Positions 25,756-38,900 are shown, numbered from the stretch's first letter. The stretch: DNA of 64,000 nucleotides from Negaprion brevirostris (GCA_030324005.1 JARDVH010000132.1:66669491-66733490); one strand, 5' to 3'. Program-made: numbers and translations. Notes: a model not told the origin generated them from the sequence alone.

Positions 25756-25950
25756 GAGAGGTTACTATTGCTTATCTATATATTATTGGTTTTTAACATG
25801 GACAAACTGTACATGCATGCCTGTCTCTGCAACACTCTTTAATCAGTGTAGACCTGATGCTGTTAATAATAAATATTTCAATGACTGCATACAAGTTAAT
25901 AATCAGTTCAGTCCTCTCTTAAAATAATAACGTATCTGTTTTTTCCTCAG

Positions 25951-26001
25951 AGCTTTGCTGCTCAGTACATTAAACGGGATGAGTTGACACCAGGAATCCT
26001 G
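25951..26001 (+). CDS. COL1A2: COL1A2 exon 6 (N-proteinase site, N-telopeptide, first helix triplet)
   Basis: 51 nt, SFAAQYIKRDELTPGIL, ttcctcag/gtatgc. Confidence 0.9.
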
Positions 26002-28175
26002 GTATGCATTTACAACCCCATTCTCAATCATTTCACAACACAGTATGGTAAATTTCAAGATCCTACTCCCCCAATGTGGAAGCCACATTTGAAGAGATTG
26101 TACAGCCTTGGTAAAGTTACAAGATTGTAGCTATGATTATTCAGCCTACGTTTCTGACAAGTGTGGCTGATCACTGGGACAGTAGGATTGAAGGAATAGT
26201 CTTTACGTCATTCTATATCTGAATGTTCTTATTTCATTTAAGCATCCTGAAAATGAATCATGTATTATTTGAAAGTATTACTTAAAAAAACTGAAACCGT
26301 ACATTGGCTGAAATTTTCCAGCCATTCACACCAGTAGGATTCTCTGCTCCGGCTGCAGGGAACAGAGATTCGGCCTCTAACTTTAAAGAGTGCAAGTGGT
26401 AGAATTTTTTTAATATAAGGAAGCATTAGAAACAGCAAAATATACATGAAAAACACCAGAATATAATTGAAAGGGTGAACTTAAGCTGTTACACCATCTT
26501 GTTATTACCAAGATCGTCTTTACTCCATGTTGTATCAAGGAATTGCCAGTTGTTCAATAACATTAAGTCACTTCATAATTAATCTTTAATATGATGTCTC
26601 AATGTAAGGAAAAATTTCAATATGAACTATACCCAAGACTATTTATTTAGAGGTGTGAANNNNNNNNNNNNNNNNNNNNNNNNNNNNNNNNNNNNNNNNN
26701 NNNNNNNNNNNNNNNNNNNNNNNNNNNNNNNNNNNNNNNNNNNNNNNNNNNNNNNNNNNNNNNNNNNNNNNNNNNNNNNNNNNNNNNNNNNNNNNNNNNN
26801 NNNNNNNNNNNNNNNNNNNNNNNNNNNNNNNNNNNNNNNNNNNNNNNNNNNNNNNNNNNNNNNNNNNNNNNNNNNNNNNNNNNNNNNNNNNNNNNNNNNN
26901 NNNNNNNNNNNNNNNNNNNNNNNNNNNNNNNNNNNNNNNNNNNNNNNNNNNNTTTTCTATAAAGTCCTTATTTCTGACATTAAATTGATCATGATAGTGT
27001 TTCGCTAAATCTTCCCAAGCACATAAAACATAACAAACCCTGTAATGCCCCTCCAAACTAAGGCAGAAGGCGATAGCCATTAAGGAATATATTGGGTATT
27101 TTCACTCACTTTGTTTTTCTCCACTTAGGTTAGTTGAGTAGAATTAATTTAAATCAAAACTTGACAATGGTCAAGAAACCACTGGCAAAATAAAGATAAA
27201 GTAGAAGAGCATGAATAAAAATATCTCACACAGCTTGTTCTCGCCTTGTTAGCAGAAGATTTGTTTCTATTCTCATTTTGCGACAGTGAACAAATTATGA
27301 TTAGAACACAGTTAACGACATTTTCCTTTGTCACTTTATTTTGGGCAGTTCCCTTTTAACATACACATTTCTTTTGATTTCCACTTCCCATTGTGAGCTT
27401 TGGATAGTTGGCAGTCGCCTCTATCAGAATGTTCAAGAGCCATTCTAGCATTTCAGCAAAAATATAAGCTCAGACTTGGGGCAGTACTATTGGGTGTTAC
27501 ATTGTTGAAGATGGGGCACTTCAGGTGACCCAGAAATGAACAAACTGATTACTCATCTCACCTTTTGGTGAGAATAATTGGCTGTAACTTTTATCCAAAT
27601 TAGAACTCACTGCACTTAAGTGTAACTCATTGTGAGGCTCCTCAAGATGTTTGCAAGGCGCAATAAAGCCTTATATAAATCTAAATGTTCATCTTTACTT
27701 TTAACTGGTAGAGAATTAAATATGTAAATGTAGGTTAACTTGTTTGAAATATAAACAAATGAAAATACAGCTAACAAATAGGAAAATACTGCAGATGCTG
27801 GAAATCTGAAATAAAAACAGAAAACGCAGGACTCAGCTGACCTGTCAGCAACGACAGAGAGAGAAACAGAGCTATCTTGTGACTTTTCATCAGAATCCTT
27901 ATCTTTTAAATACTTTCAATTCAGTTAAATGATCACCTAATGTCCGATTCACTATGGAATAAATTTCTGCTAAGTGCCATCTGTTTGTGAAGACTAAAGT
28001 CTAAAGACAGTCAAAAATATAATAATATGAATTGTTTGTAAGTCATCATCATCACCCCAATGTTATCTGTCTTGCCTCCGACTATATTGTGTTTCTGTTT
28101 TGAAAGTTTACCTTGCTGTTTTGATACTGATTAGCATTGAATGTACTAATTCCAAAATGCTCTTTATTTCTTCAG

Positions 28176-28220
28176 GGACCAATGGGACCAAAAGGCCCAC
28201 AAGGAGCCCCTGGTGCCCCT
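28176..28220 (+). CDS. COL1A2: COL1A2 exon 7
   Basis: 45 nt, GPMGPKGPQGAPGAP. Confidence 0.95.
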
Positions 28221-28379
28221 GTGAGTTTTACAACTTTTTGATATTTTTCTCTTGCTCATTTATTATTGAAACTATGCAACACATTGTACTACCTCCATTT
28301 GGAATTACCGTGTTTAATGATTATTTTAGATATCTCACTTCCAAAAAATCTTGAATCAAATGCATGTGTTCACTTCCAG

Positions 28380-28433
28380 GGTTCCCCTGGCCCCCCAGGA
28401 ATTCCAGGTGTTCCAGGTGAAGCTGGTGCATCT
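28380..28433 (+). CDS. COL1A2: COL1A2 exon 8
   Basis: 54 nt, GSPGPPGIPGVPGEAGAS. Confidence 0.95.
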
Positions 28434-28537
28434 GTAAGTACACGTTTGAATCAGCAGTTTCATTTCGTGGCAGCTTAAGTAATTTGTGATTCTTTTCATA
28501 ATGAGTTTGATCATCTTTCCGTCTCTTTACTCACTAG

Positions 28538-28591
28538 GGTCCAGCTGGTCCTCGTGGTCCTCAAGGTGTACCTGGAAAACCTGGTGAAGAT
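28538..28591 (+). CDS. COL1A2: COL1A2 exon 9
   Basis: 54 nt, GPAGPRGPQGVPGKPGED. Confidence 0.95.
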
Positions 28592-30332
28592 GTAAGTATA
28601 GATTATGAAGAAGTAAAATAGGAACCATGGCAACATTTTTAAATGTTCTCAGCTCCCTGAATCACAACTATATGTATCAATCAGATAACATGACTCATTG
28701 GGATGCCTCACCCTATCTGAAATTGGTTATCAGTCATGTTCTGTTGCCAAGCAATGGCAATGTCCAGAGAAAATAAAATAGAGTTAAGTTCTGAATAATT
28801 GAAGGAAGTCTCTAGAAACTAGAGCTGGATATTTGGATAATTCTGAACTGCAAATTGAGAACACCACACACTTCCTCACCCTGTTAGAAATTTGTTGAAT
28901 TTCAAGTGCAAAATTGAATTCATAGAAACTATTTCTGAACCATCAGAGTTACGATGTTAGACCTATCATAGTGATTTTCCTTTATGCTAAACGGCATACT
29001 TCAAAGAATTAGTATGTTGTCAAATAGCTCTGCAGCTTTGACTTGGAGATAGTTCCATCAATAGAAATCTGCAACCGCTTGGTGTTTCGCTTTCTCCTTT
29101 GTGCCAAAGATAAGAGCTTACATTGGAATGTAAGGAATCGTCAAGGGGTGGGATTTTGCGGCTGCACTCACCCCAAAACCAGAAAATCCGGCTNNNNNNN
29201 NNNNNNNNNNNNNNNNNNNNNNNNNNNNNNNNNNNNNNNNNNNNNNNNNNNNNNNNNNNNNNNNNNNNNNNNNNNNNNNNNNNNNNNNNNNNNCCGGCTC
29301 GAGGTCCATGGACCTTTGCATGGTCTGCACCCCCCCATCCCCACCTCCCTGCCCGCTATGATTCCCATGGCAGGTGGGATGGGAAAATTCCCCTCCAAAG
29401 GTATTTCGCAATAAGATAGATTGACAGCGTTACTAACACATATGTCATTTTTCCTTTCTGTGACTAACAAACATCTGCCCTCTTAGAATCTCATCAAACA
29501 ATAAATTAATTAATGTTACAGGGGAAATTGGTCTCTGCCAGAAGTACAAATTAGCAGCTAATTTTTAATCACTCCTGACCTCCTTTTCAATAGTTTCCAG
29601 AATGATAGTTCAGACTCTTTGGTGACTCATTTCGTGGTCTCACGATTACTTTTATTTGGTTTGAAATGAAAAATCTTGGCAATATTTTCACAAGTTGATG
29701 GAAACTAAAAAGTGGCAGTTCACTATAAGCCAGTTTTGTCACTGCATCCCCCTGCCCCCCAACCCACCTCATGTTACCCTGATCAAAAGCATAGCTAGTC
29801 ATCTGTTGCCAGTGCTTATTGGTTTCTATAACCACCATAATGCTGATGAGCACCTGAGAAATTAAAATCAGCCTCCCCATTATAGAGAAACAAGCTTAGT
29901 TCCTCTCTGCAAGTGGGTCTAGATGAGATCAAAAGTAACCCAGTGGCATATTTGAGACCTATCTGTCCAGGATACAGTTTTAGGAATTTCCCTTCAGTTT
30001 GCCTCCAAAAAAAATGAATTCAGCTATCATCTGATCTGGAGATCAAAAAGGCATTTGGATCCACCATGTTGGATGTTAGCATTTTGGTATATGGTCCTGA
30101 AAATCTATTCACCCAGCTGCGAACAATTCAAAAATGCTTAACGTAAGAACATCCTACTTTATATCAATAGTTGTAAATGTACCAGAAGTAAATACATTAA
30201 CTATATATTTTACCATGTAGAAGCATGCTTCACATACCTGAATTACAATTACCTTATTGTACAAATATATGTGTATCTCTTCTTTAATGGATGCAGTATT
30301 AATATTAAAAATATTTGACTTTTCTCTAACAG

Positions 30333-30386
30333 GGTTCAAATGGCAAACCTGGCAAACCTGGTGATCGTGGTATTGCTGGACCTCAG
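30333..30386 (+). CDS. COL1A2: COL1A2 exon 10
   Basis: 54 nt, GSNGKPGKPGDRGIAGPQ. Confidence 0.95.
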
Positions 30387-30546
30387 GTAAGTGATACTGC
30401 CACATGAGGTTTTATCTGTGCAATCTATTATCACCTGAAGGCACTGATCTTTCAGTTCAATGCAAATATTTATTTCATACTTTCTTACTAAACAGCCAGA
30501 GCAACAGTTTGATGATTGGGTTGTTTTCTCTGCTTCCTTTACATAG

Positions 30547-30600
30547 GGTGCTCGTGGTTTCCCAGGAACCCCTGGTCTCCCCGGCAGGAAAGGACACCGA
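30547..30600 (+). CDS. COL1A2: COL1A2 exon 11 (helical Lys87 cross-link site)
   Basis: 54 nt, GARGFPGTPGLPGRKGHR. Confidence 0.95.
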
Positions 30601-30712
30601 GTGAGTCGGCAATTTCATTTTTGATACCTTTGATAACTTTTTTTCTACCCCAGTAAATAATTAGCCCTATATGTTTAACTGACATGTTTCATTATCTTCC
30701 ATTTTACAACAG

Positions 30713-30766
30713 GGTTTCAATGGTTTGGATGGAATTAAGGGAGAGCCTGGTGTCGGTGGTGAGAAG
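30713..30766 (+). CDS. COL1A2: COL1A2 exon 12
   Basis: 54 nt, GFNGLDGIKGEPGVGGEK. Confidence 0.95.
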
Positions 30767-33700
30767 GTAAGAAATATACAGCAATGATCAAGTTACAGTC
30801 TGAGTTTTAAAATATTAGTTGGGAAGTATATTAAGCAAATTTTTTTTTTCTTTTTTTTCTAAATTTCAACATATAACCAATATACCAGGAAATTAAACAG
30901 AAAACCATTAATGTTTTCTGTGCATGTTTAGCTGTTTACACATTTTAGGTGTCATTTCTGACATTTCAAATATTGGTGAAAACTAGGCATGAGTATAAAA
31001 CTGAATGTGCAGTATCACACTCATTTCACTGGGAAATTAGAATGTCCAGGACCAGAAAAATCAACTGCAGTCCATGAAGGAGAATACAGATTACTCAAAT
31101 TGTAAGATTCCTTGTAAAGGGCAAGGTTAGAATTTTGTCACATGGACCCCACAGTGCAAATCTTCCTACACTGATAATTCAGCTAAAACTGAGGAGGTCA
31201 TTTCTTGTCATTTTTAATCTTATTATGTCTGAATTGTTCACTACTGCTCACTTCCAGATCCGAATATTGATATAGATCTCTTACAATGTAGATCTCTTCT
31301 GCTGTATGGGTTTTCCTGGATATCTAAGCTCTTAGTTTAGGTCCTGCATGTAGTTCTTTCCTCTATATGTCTAAGGTACACCTTCTTAATTACATTGATA
31401 GCATTGGTATTATACTGTAACAACTAGCCTTTCATATGCCGCAGCATCCTATTAAGCGACATCAGTGTTACATTGTATGTGTGTCATACTAAAATATGCC
31501 ATAAAGTACTGAGAGTTAAGGCAGTCATTTGCAGCTAACACTATTGCATAAAGGGTTCATAAAGCACTTGGTTGAGCAGATTTCCTCTTCAATTTCCATG
31601 CCAGTCCCAAAATTAAAGGCTTCATGATTCTCAATTATAAAGACACCCATTGGACAAAACTGATTAATATCAAGGAACAATCGTACAAATAAAACAGAGA
31701 TAAATAGCTGTGATTTTGCCTGATATCCCAGGAATTGGAGCCTGGCTGGAGGTTATCAGACACAATGCACATTGTTAAACAGAATTAAATTATGTGGCTG
31801 TGACTCATACAAAAGAGTACAGTGCCAAATATGGCTAAAAACTGCTTTGTTTAATTATTCCCCATAGTTGTGGTTTGAGATGCCAAATGTTCTTTCTGCA
31901 GCACATATGTGAGAAGTTACTGTACTGTGAGAGCAATGATTCATTCTTTGTCAAAAGGAAACACATTTTAGCTTCATAGCCATGTATATCCCAGAGCAGA
32001 AACAAGAAACAGATTGATAACTTTAGGGCCATTAATTGTTCACCTGGCAGAACATGGTAAATGATACAAATCAAATGTTTGCTGTTTTCATCGTATCTTT
32101 AAGACATTGGAAGCTGCTTTGGGGTTTTGAAACTGCAGTAAACAGGGGACATACTTTAAATATATATTTAAGTTCACCATGCAACAACCAAAATAGTTCT
32201 CCAACACACATGCCAGACGTAATTCTCTGGCTACCCAACACCATGGATGCAGGTTGCCCATGAGCAGTCAACAGTGGTTAGGCAATTAGAGGGAAAAGTG
32301 ATAGCACTCTCTCCCTGCCTCCCCCCTCATCCTCCCCCTTCCAATTTCTTACCCATGGTGGAAGCACATCCCACTCAGAGCCCAGAATTGACCCAGAAGT
32401 GTCTTCGTGGCAGCAGACTGGGAGCCATTGAAACCTCCTTTCAATTGCCTCAATCAATGGAGTTTCTGCTGCACAACATCATCAGTCTGACAGTTGTGCC
32501 AATGCTTGATTTTTTAATGTCTCACAATGTTACATTTTGAGGCATCTTCAAGATTTCCTCCCTGTCTCAGCATCGCCCACCTCTCCCAATGTGGCTACCA
32601 GCCAGATAGTATTGCAGGCCTTCTGATTGGACCTTGTACTTGCTTGGTCTGCCCACCATCCTTAATTGGATGGGACTTCTAGAAGAGGCTTCTTAATTGG
32701 TTGCCTCCTGGAAGATTGCGTTCAATGTCCTGCCACCATCACTTCCGGGTACCCCATCCCAAATTAAGGCCAACTTTGGGATCATGAAATTTCAGCATTC
32801 TATAGTTAATGATTTCTTTTAGATAACTTGATGTTATACAGATGGCAACTTTCTACAAGAACCAGAAATGCTTATTTTCTTTTGAATCATCTCAGAAGTT
32901 CCAAAATTTACATATCATAATTCAATTGAAGAATCCTCAGTGATTGGAGATTTAACAATGATCATGGCAGATAGTAAGAATCTGGTATTATTTCTGCTTT
33001 GAATCATATTTCTGATAATTTGAAGAAGCAAATGTTTACTAAAACTGAATCCAGGTACACTGCATAAACATTTCTTTGCTTTTGTTTGATAAGGGCAAAT
33101 CTTTCTTCTTCCTTCCCCACCCCGCACTTATTTTTATCAAGCCTTTTGGTTCAGCCCTTGGGCAAACATGAAAAGATTGCTGCAGTATAGTATCATGACA
33201 GGCCAGAGAAATTCACATCAATATCCTTCAGTTTTATGAAGGTGATACTATACACATTATGCAGAGTAAAAGTAATAAGTTGAATGGCAGAATTCTCTGT
33301 TCTCTTATATCTCGTTGTTATCTTGCAGCAGATTTAAGTGGGAAAATGTTATTACCATTTAACATCACCATGTTAGCATTCTCTTCCTCAAGCCAGTGAG
33401 GAAGTGATGGACAGTCTGACTCATCCTGAGTTAAAGTTGCTTGCTTCAAACAAAATAATAATTTAACTTCTTAGTATTGCATTTACAATTAACCCTTACA
33501 TTTGCACTACTTTATTCAAATTAATAGATATTTTTGAATCTTTTCTGTCAAAAAAATGACTGACCTTTATCAGGATTAGTCTGTAAATGGATTATCTCTG
33601 TTACTAAATATGAGCATTGAGGAATCTCTAAGCTATAAACACAGCCTATGTCATTCATCACTGCAATAGATTTTCCACTGTTACCAGAACAGTGGGCATG

Positions 33701-33937
33701 TGCATTTCTCAATTTTATGAAGAAAGTACAGAGCAAAGCAAAATTTCTTTTGATTATGCTTGTTTCAAACTGATGAGATGTCAGGTAATGATGTATTTTG
33801 CAAAAATTGGGATCTTTGTCCCAAGGTAAGATTAGGANNNNNNNNNNNNNNNNNNNNNNNNNNNNNNNNNNNNNNNNNNNNNNNNNNNNNNNNNNNNNNN
33901 NNNNNNNNNNNNNNNNNNNNNNNNNNNNNNNNNNNNN

Positions 33938-34060
33938 ATCTGTAAAAGTTGGTGAGAATCGTAGCAGACATGCCAAATTTCCTTAGCATCCTGAAAAAGT
34001 AGAGGCATTGGTGGGCTTTCTTAATTGTAGCGTTGGCATGAGGGAACCAGGGCCTAGACA
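33938..34060 (-). mobile_element. LINE RT C-terminal fragment (Rex1/L2-like)
   Basis: IKKAHQCLYFFRMLRKFGMSATILTNFYR (KAxQRLYFLRxLRKF motif). Confidence 0.75.
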
Positions 34061-34229
34061 TATTCTTCCAGGCAGAATGAGTGAATAAGAGAATCATTCC
34101 AAAGGTGGAATCATTCACACTTTAATTTTGGTGAAAGTTTGTACGTGTGTAGAGGGAAGGGTGTGAGATGAGCGAGTAAGTTTTACCTTGGATAGATCCA
34201 AGCCCATTGACTTTATCTTCAAGGTTATC

Positions 34230-34537
34230 GAATCATAGAATCCTACAGTGCAGAAGGAGGCTGTTCGGCCCATTGAGTCTGCACTGACCACAATCCCATC
34301 CAGACCCTATCACCATAACTCCATGCATTTACCCTAGCTAATCCCCCTAACACTAAGGGGCAGTTTAGCATGGCCAATCCACCTAACCCGCACGTTGCTG
34401 GACTGTGGGAGGAAACCGGAGCACCCTCTGGGTGCCCATGCAGACACGGGGAGAACTCCACACAGACAGTCACCAAAGCTGGGAATTGAACCCAGGCCCC
34501 TGGCGCTGTGAGGCAGCAGTTCTAACCACTGTGCCGT
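34230..34537 (-). mobile_element. tRNA-derived SINE (HE1-like), CR1-type tail B
   Basis: Same head as 150-441, but ends GGGCCGAACAGCCTCCTTCTGCACTGTAGGATTCTATGATT. Confidence 0.85.
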
Positions 34538-34734
34538 TCATCTGTTAAATTCTATGATGAGGTTTGGCTCTAAATGAAGCAGCTGGATGGCAGAGGGAGA
34601 ACCCAAACTGGACACTCAGACACTAGGCCTCAATGACTAAACACCAGGCAAACGGCTTTGCGTGGGCATTGAACCCTAATGATCACCAAACCTTGAAAAG
34701 CGATGGAGATTTGCATTTTCTAAACACATAATCC

Positions 34735-34950
34735 ATAAGACATAGGAGTAGAATTAGACCATTCGGCCCATCGAGTCTACTCCGCCATTTGATCATGGTT
34801 GATCATGCCCCAATTCTCCTGTCTTCTCCCCATAACCTTTCAACCCATTACCAATTAAAAATTTGTCTAACTCCTCCTTAAATTTACTAGCATCCACTTC
34901 ACTTTGGGATAGTGAATTCCACAGATTCACAACCCTTTGAGAGAAGTGGT
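34735..34950 (-). mobile_element. CR1 LINE 3' end
   Basis: CATAAGACATAGGAGTAGAATTAGACCATTCGGCCC..., a reversed CR1 tail like the 59220-59312 copy. Confidence 0.75.
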
Positions 34951-35329
34951 TCTATCTATTGGTATCCCTAGCATGGAACTGCATGAAACAAGAGGCAGAT
35001 CAGACAATTTGGCTTGGTGATTCATAGCCCTTATAATTATTTACTTATAAATTGACAAATCAGCCTTCAGATTGAATGAGGATATGTTTTAATATCACCA
35101 TTAATGTTTTTGAACATTATGAATTGTATGCCATTAAAATAATTTTCTCAGATGCATTTTTTCTATTTGTGATGCTATATTGTAACCCTTTCTAACATTT
35201 TCATGAAAGCTTTTATTTCAGTGTTTATGCTTATTTTCAATGTGATGCCTATTGACCATTCGTCTTACAAGATTGAGCATTCGCAAGTTTTAATAAATTT
35301 AATAATGCAATTTTTGTGTTTCCTTTAAG

Positions 35330-35374
35330 GGTCCCCGAGGCAGTGATGGTATGACTGGACCTGCCGGCCCTCCT
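35330..35374 (+). CDS. COL1A2: COL1A2 exon 15
   Basis: 45 nt, GPRGSDGMTGPAGPP (matches human exon 15 GARGSDGSVGPVGPA). Confidence 0.93.
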
Positions 35375-36519
35375 GTAAGTACGCAAATAAAACTTAATTA
35401 ATCATTAAATTGACAAATGCACAATTATTAACAAGTTACAAGAGTAATTCTGTAATATAATACCCTGAGAGTTACAGTCTCTAGCAAAGCGAAGAGTGAA
35501 TACTGGGCAACTTACTGTATAGCTAGCTGATGACTTCATTGCACAACCCAAATGTACGTGTGCAGCATCCATACAATGAAAGCCTAAAATGTAAGAGAAA
35601 CATTTCTGTTGCCTGGACCTCTCCAGAAGAGCCCTAGAGCCCTCAATAATGCCGGTGACAAAATTTGTAATAGTCTGCTACATACTGTACAACCCCACCA
35701 TTATAAGGCCAAAGACCTTACCACCAGCTACATAGTAGTTATTTGAGGTACAGAATGATGAGAAGGAGGATCAGGGGAATGTGGAAGGAAAGGAAGAAAA
35801 GGAAGGAACAATTCACGCATTTGCTATCTGTCATTGACTTAACTAAGAGCGATATTAGTAATTGCAACCCAGTTTCCCCCATTCACAAACCTTTACCTTC
35901 TATCTGTCACTGACCATCACAGTGTCCACTGGCCACAATGATAGAATAGAAGTCATCACAAAAGAAACCAGGTTTAAAAGTGAAATCATATAGCATACAA
36001 AAGTTAATTAACCTCCCTTGCATATTCCCTCAGTGCCTGTCCTTTGTGTGCCTTTGCCTCTCCTACAGCAGAATTTTATACCAGCTGGGATTTTACAATC
36101 CCATCGAAGTCAATATAGTTTTAAACAGATTGCACATTTTACTGCCCCAGCCCCACTGCAATGTAGTTATAAAATTCCACTCGTAGTACTCCTACTCAAT
36201 ACAACCCCAGTGGTGACAGCAAGTGGAAGGCAACTGACTTACACGCTGGCAGATTGCAAGTGGTCTTGCAGGGCCCCCTTGAGCAGCTCCAGGCCTTGAG
36301 TGCCTCACTGCAGATTGCAACATCTCAGCTGGATGGCATCAGTCTGAGCTGCCTGGCTGACAGGCAACAATAAGGACACTAGTGAAGTGTTAGAAATGAG
36401 AAGATGAATGCTGTCTTCCTGAGAGTTTAGTGCCTCCTGGAGCCATTGACACTCTCCAAGCCAATGACTCCGAAATCCTAATAAAGTAAGAGAACAGACT
36501 GCAAAGTAAGAAGGTAGTG

Positions 36520-36782
36520 GAGGCAGGAAACCTTACAACCTTTAAAAAATGAGCTCTTGAAATATAACATTCAAGGATATAGGATAAGTACAGTAAAATG
36601 GGATTAGAGTGCCTTTAGTGGTAGTTGTTATTGGTGCAGACCCAATGGGCCGAAGGGCCTTTTCTGCACTGTATAACTCTATGAGCAGGATCTTAGAACA
36701 TAGAACACTACAGCACAAACAGGCCCTTCGGCCCACAAGTTGCGCCGATCACATCCATACCTACCAATCCATAGACCTATCT
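36520..36782. mobile_element. Two CR1-type 3' ends tail-to-tail (+ 36520-36683; - 36693-36782)
   Basis: ATGGGCCGAAGGGCCTTTTCTGCACTGTATAACTCTATG, then TAGAACATAGAACACTACAGCACAAACAGGCCCTTCGGCCC running into a 100-N gap. Confidence 0.75.
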
Positions 36783-38427
36783 NNNNNNNNNNNNNNNNNN
36801 NNNNNNNNNNNNNNNNNNNNNNNNNNNNNNNNNNNNNNNNNNNNNNNNNNNNNNNNNNNNNNNNNNNNNNNNNNNNNNNNNNTCATGGATAATCATGACC
36901 CTCTGAAACTTGCTTGAATGTCTTTAAGATGCTGGGTACAAAATTCCAGGGGATTTTCCTTAAATTGAGCATTGTTTCTTTTTAGATTGTTATCTCCTAA
37001 TGCAAAGAGTTCAAGTGTATTTAGAACATTGTGCCATTTGGCTGGTAGGATGGGCAGTACTGGGTTTTTTTGCATCTTTCTTGTGCATTTTTAAATCACT
37101 GTTCCTAAATGTGATCTTGCCATGTGGTCTCTACAACATGAGAAATCTCCTGTCACAAAGCTGTAAAATGTTACATGAATAGAACCACATTTCCAATTCT
37201 TCAGTATCACAATATGCTAATTAGGCACACAGGATCTAAATTTATTCACTGTCTCATTCTGTCACGCACATAATTTTGCATTTTCCAAAGCAATTACGCT
37301 ATTATCTTGGCTAAATGAGCCAAAGGCCCGCAAGTCACACCATCGCCCAGGGGATTTGACACATTCCTTAATAAATTGAGGTCGAGTGCTCAGGAAAATA
37401 ATGGCTTTCATGTTCCATGTTAGCATTAGGAAGATCACCGTCATGTTTGATTAATGGAGTACCACGTAACAAAATTCGTACAAGAATCAATCATCTATTA
37501 GTATGAGGAGGCAGAAAAACCAGAACTGCAAGAACATTAATTATAAAATGGATGTCCTCTAACACACACAATAAACTGCTCTCTCATGCCAGGTTCTTCA
37601 GTTTTACCACATTCCCATAAAGTCTGGTTTCAGAGTAGGTGAAATCTTCAGTGCCAAAATTCACTAATGTCCCGAAGCAGCAGAAATGCCAGCAGAACAC
37701 AATGTGGACCACACTAATATCATTCTCTGGCCTTGTCCTCAGAATTCAGGCCAGCACCAGTCAGGAAACAGGTTGTTTTCAAGGTCTTAAAAATTGCAGG
37801 CTGTGAGGTTGAGGAAAATAAAACTATGTTCTAAAAGATGGATAAGTCCAAATTTTAGCAAAGAAGCCGACAAGATAATGCTGAAGATTTCCTCAAGAAT
37901 CTCTTTAATAGCAAATTGTTCACTCAGCTGTCAGAGTTATATCTTTCTGCTATGAACCCGTTCGCCTGCTTCCTTTTAGCCAGGTATTGAGTGATATTAG
38001 CAGAAATCTTGGAGAAACTTCTAGTCCTCCCCGTAATACCTTTCCCATTAATCAAGGTCAAGTCAAAGTGAATGGGCTTCGTAGGAAGATGGGAGGAAGG
38101 GAAAAAAAGGCAAGAAAAAAGACTCATGTTTTACAGTTCCAAAGTGCAAGATTAGTTACTCAACCTCTGTATTTTCTTTCTCCAAGGAATCCGTCAAAAT
38201 GGAGCAAAGCTGAATGATTTGTTCACCAGCTGCAGGAATGATAACCTTTTTACAGATGGAAGATTTCAAGGGGACATCAGTTTTCATCTTCCAAAATTTC
38301 TGCAGCCGTGTCACCCCTCATCATTACAAAGATAAGCAAAAAATCTCATCGATTCCACTCTAAGAGAATATTTGTGGGAGCGGAGCTATCTGATTTGGTG
38401 AAGACATCGGCGAGAGAGGATTATACA

Positions 38428-38624
38428 ATGGGGCATTATTATTACCATCTCCTATTCTTGGGATTTACTCTTCTTCAGTCACACAGTGTTTCAGGATATG
38501 GTCCACACCAAAGGGCACAGAAAAAGGGAGACATTATACTGGGAGGTCTTTTCCCAATACACTTTGGAGTAGCTGTAAAGGATCAAGACTTAAAATCTAG
38601 ACCTGAGGCAACTAAATGTATTAG
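38428..38624 (+). CDS. CASR: Isolated first coding exon of the calcium-sensing receptor (orphan fragment inside COL1A2 intron 15)
   Basis: [65 protein letters not shown](R); phase-2 donor AG|GTAGGA at the conserved CASR intron position; acceptor tttctttctccaag| at 38186 leaves 241 nt of UTR; no other CASR exon in the window. Confidence 0.9.
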
Positions 38625-38695
38625 GTAGGACGTTAAGTACAATACATTTTTCAAACAAATTTGTGGTATATGTATGCATTTATTAAATATATATA

Positions 38696-38900
38696 TAGAA
38701 CATAGAACACGACAGCACAAACAGGCCCTTCGGCCCACAAGTTGCGCCGGTCACATCAAGACCCACCAATCCATAGACCTATCTATAACCCCCAATCCCA
38801 TTAAATCCCATATACTCATCCAGAAGTCTTTTAAAAGACCCCAGTGAGTTCGCCTCCACCACCACCGACTGCAGCCGATTCCATTCACTCACCACCATCT
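38696..38900 (-). mobile_element. CR1-type LINE 3' end, near-identical to 36693-36782
   Basis: TAGAACATAGAACACGACAGCACAAACAGGCCCTTCGGCCCACAAGTTGCGCCG...CCAATCCATAGACCTATCT. Confidence 0.8.

Noticed and set aside
38308-38628. 106-aa ORF as a standalone secreted protein
   Set aside because: The upstream start is GTG within the CASR 5'UTR, and the stop TAG lies in the splice donor GTAGGA; this is an exon, not a complete gene.
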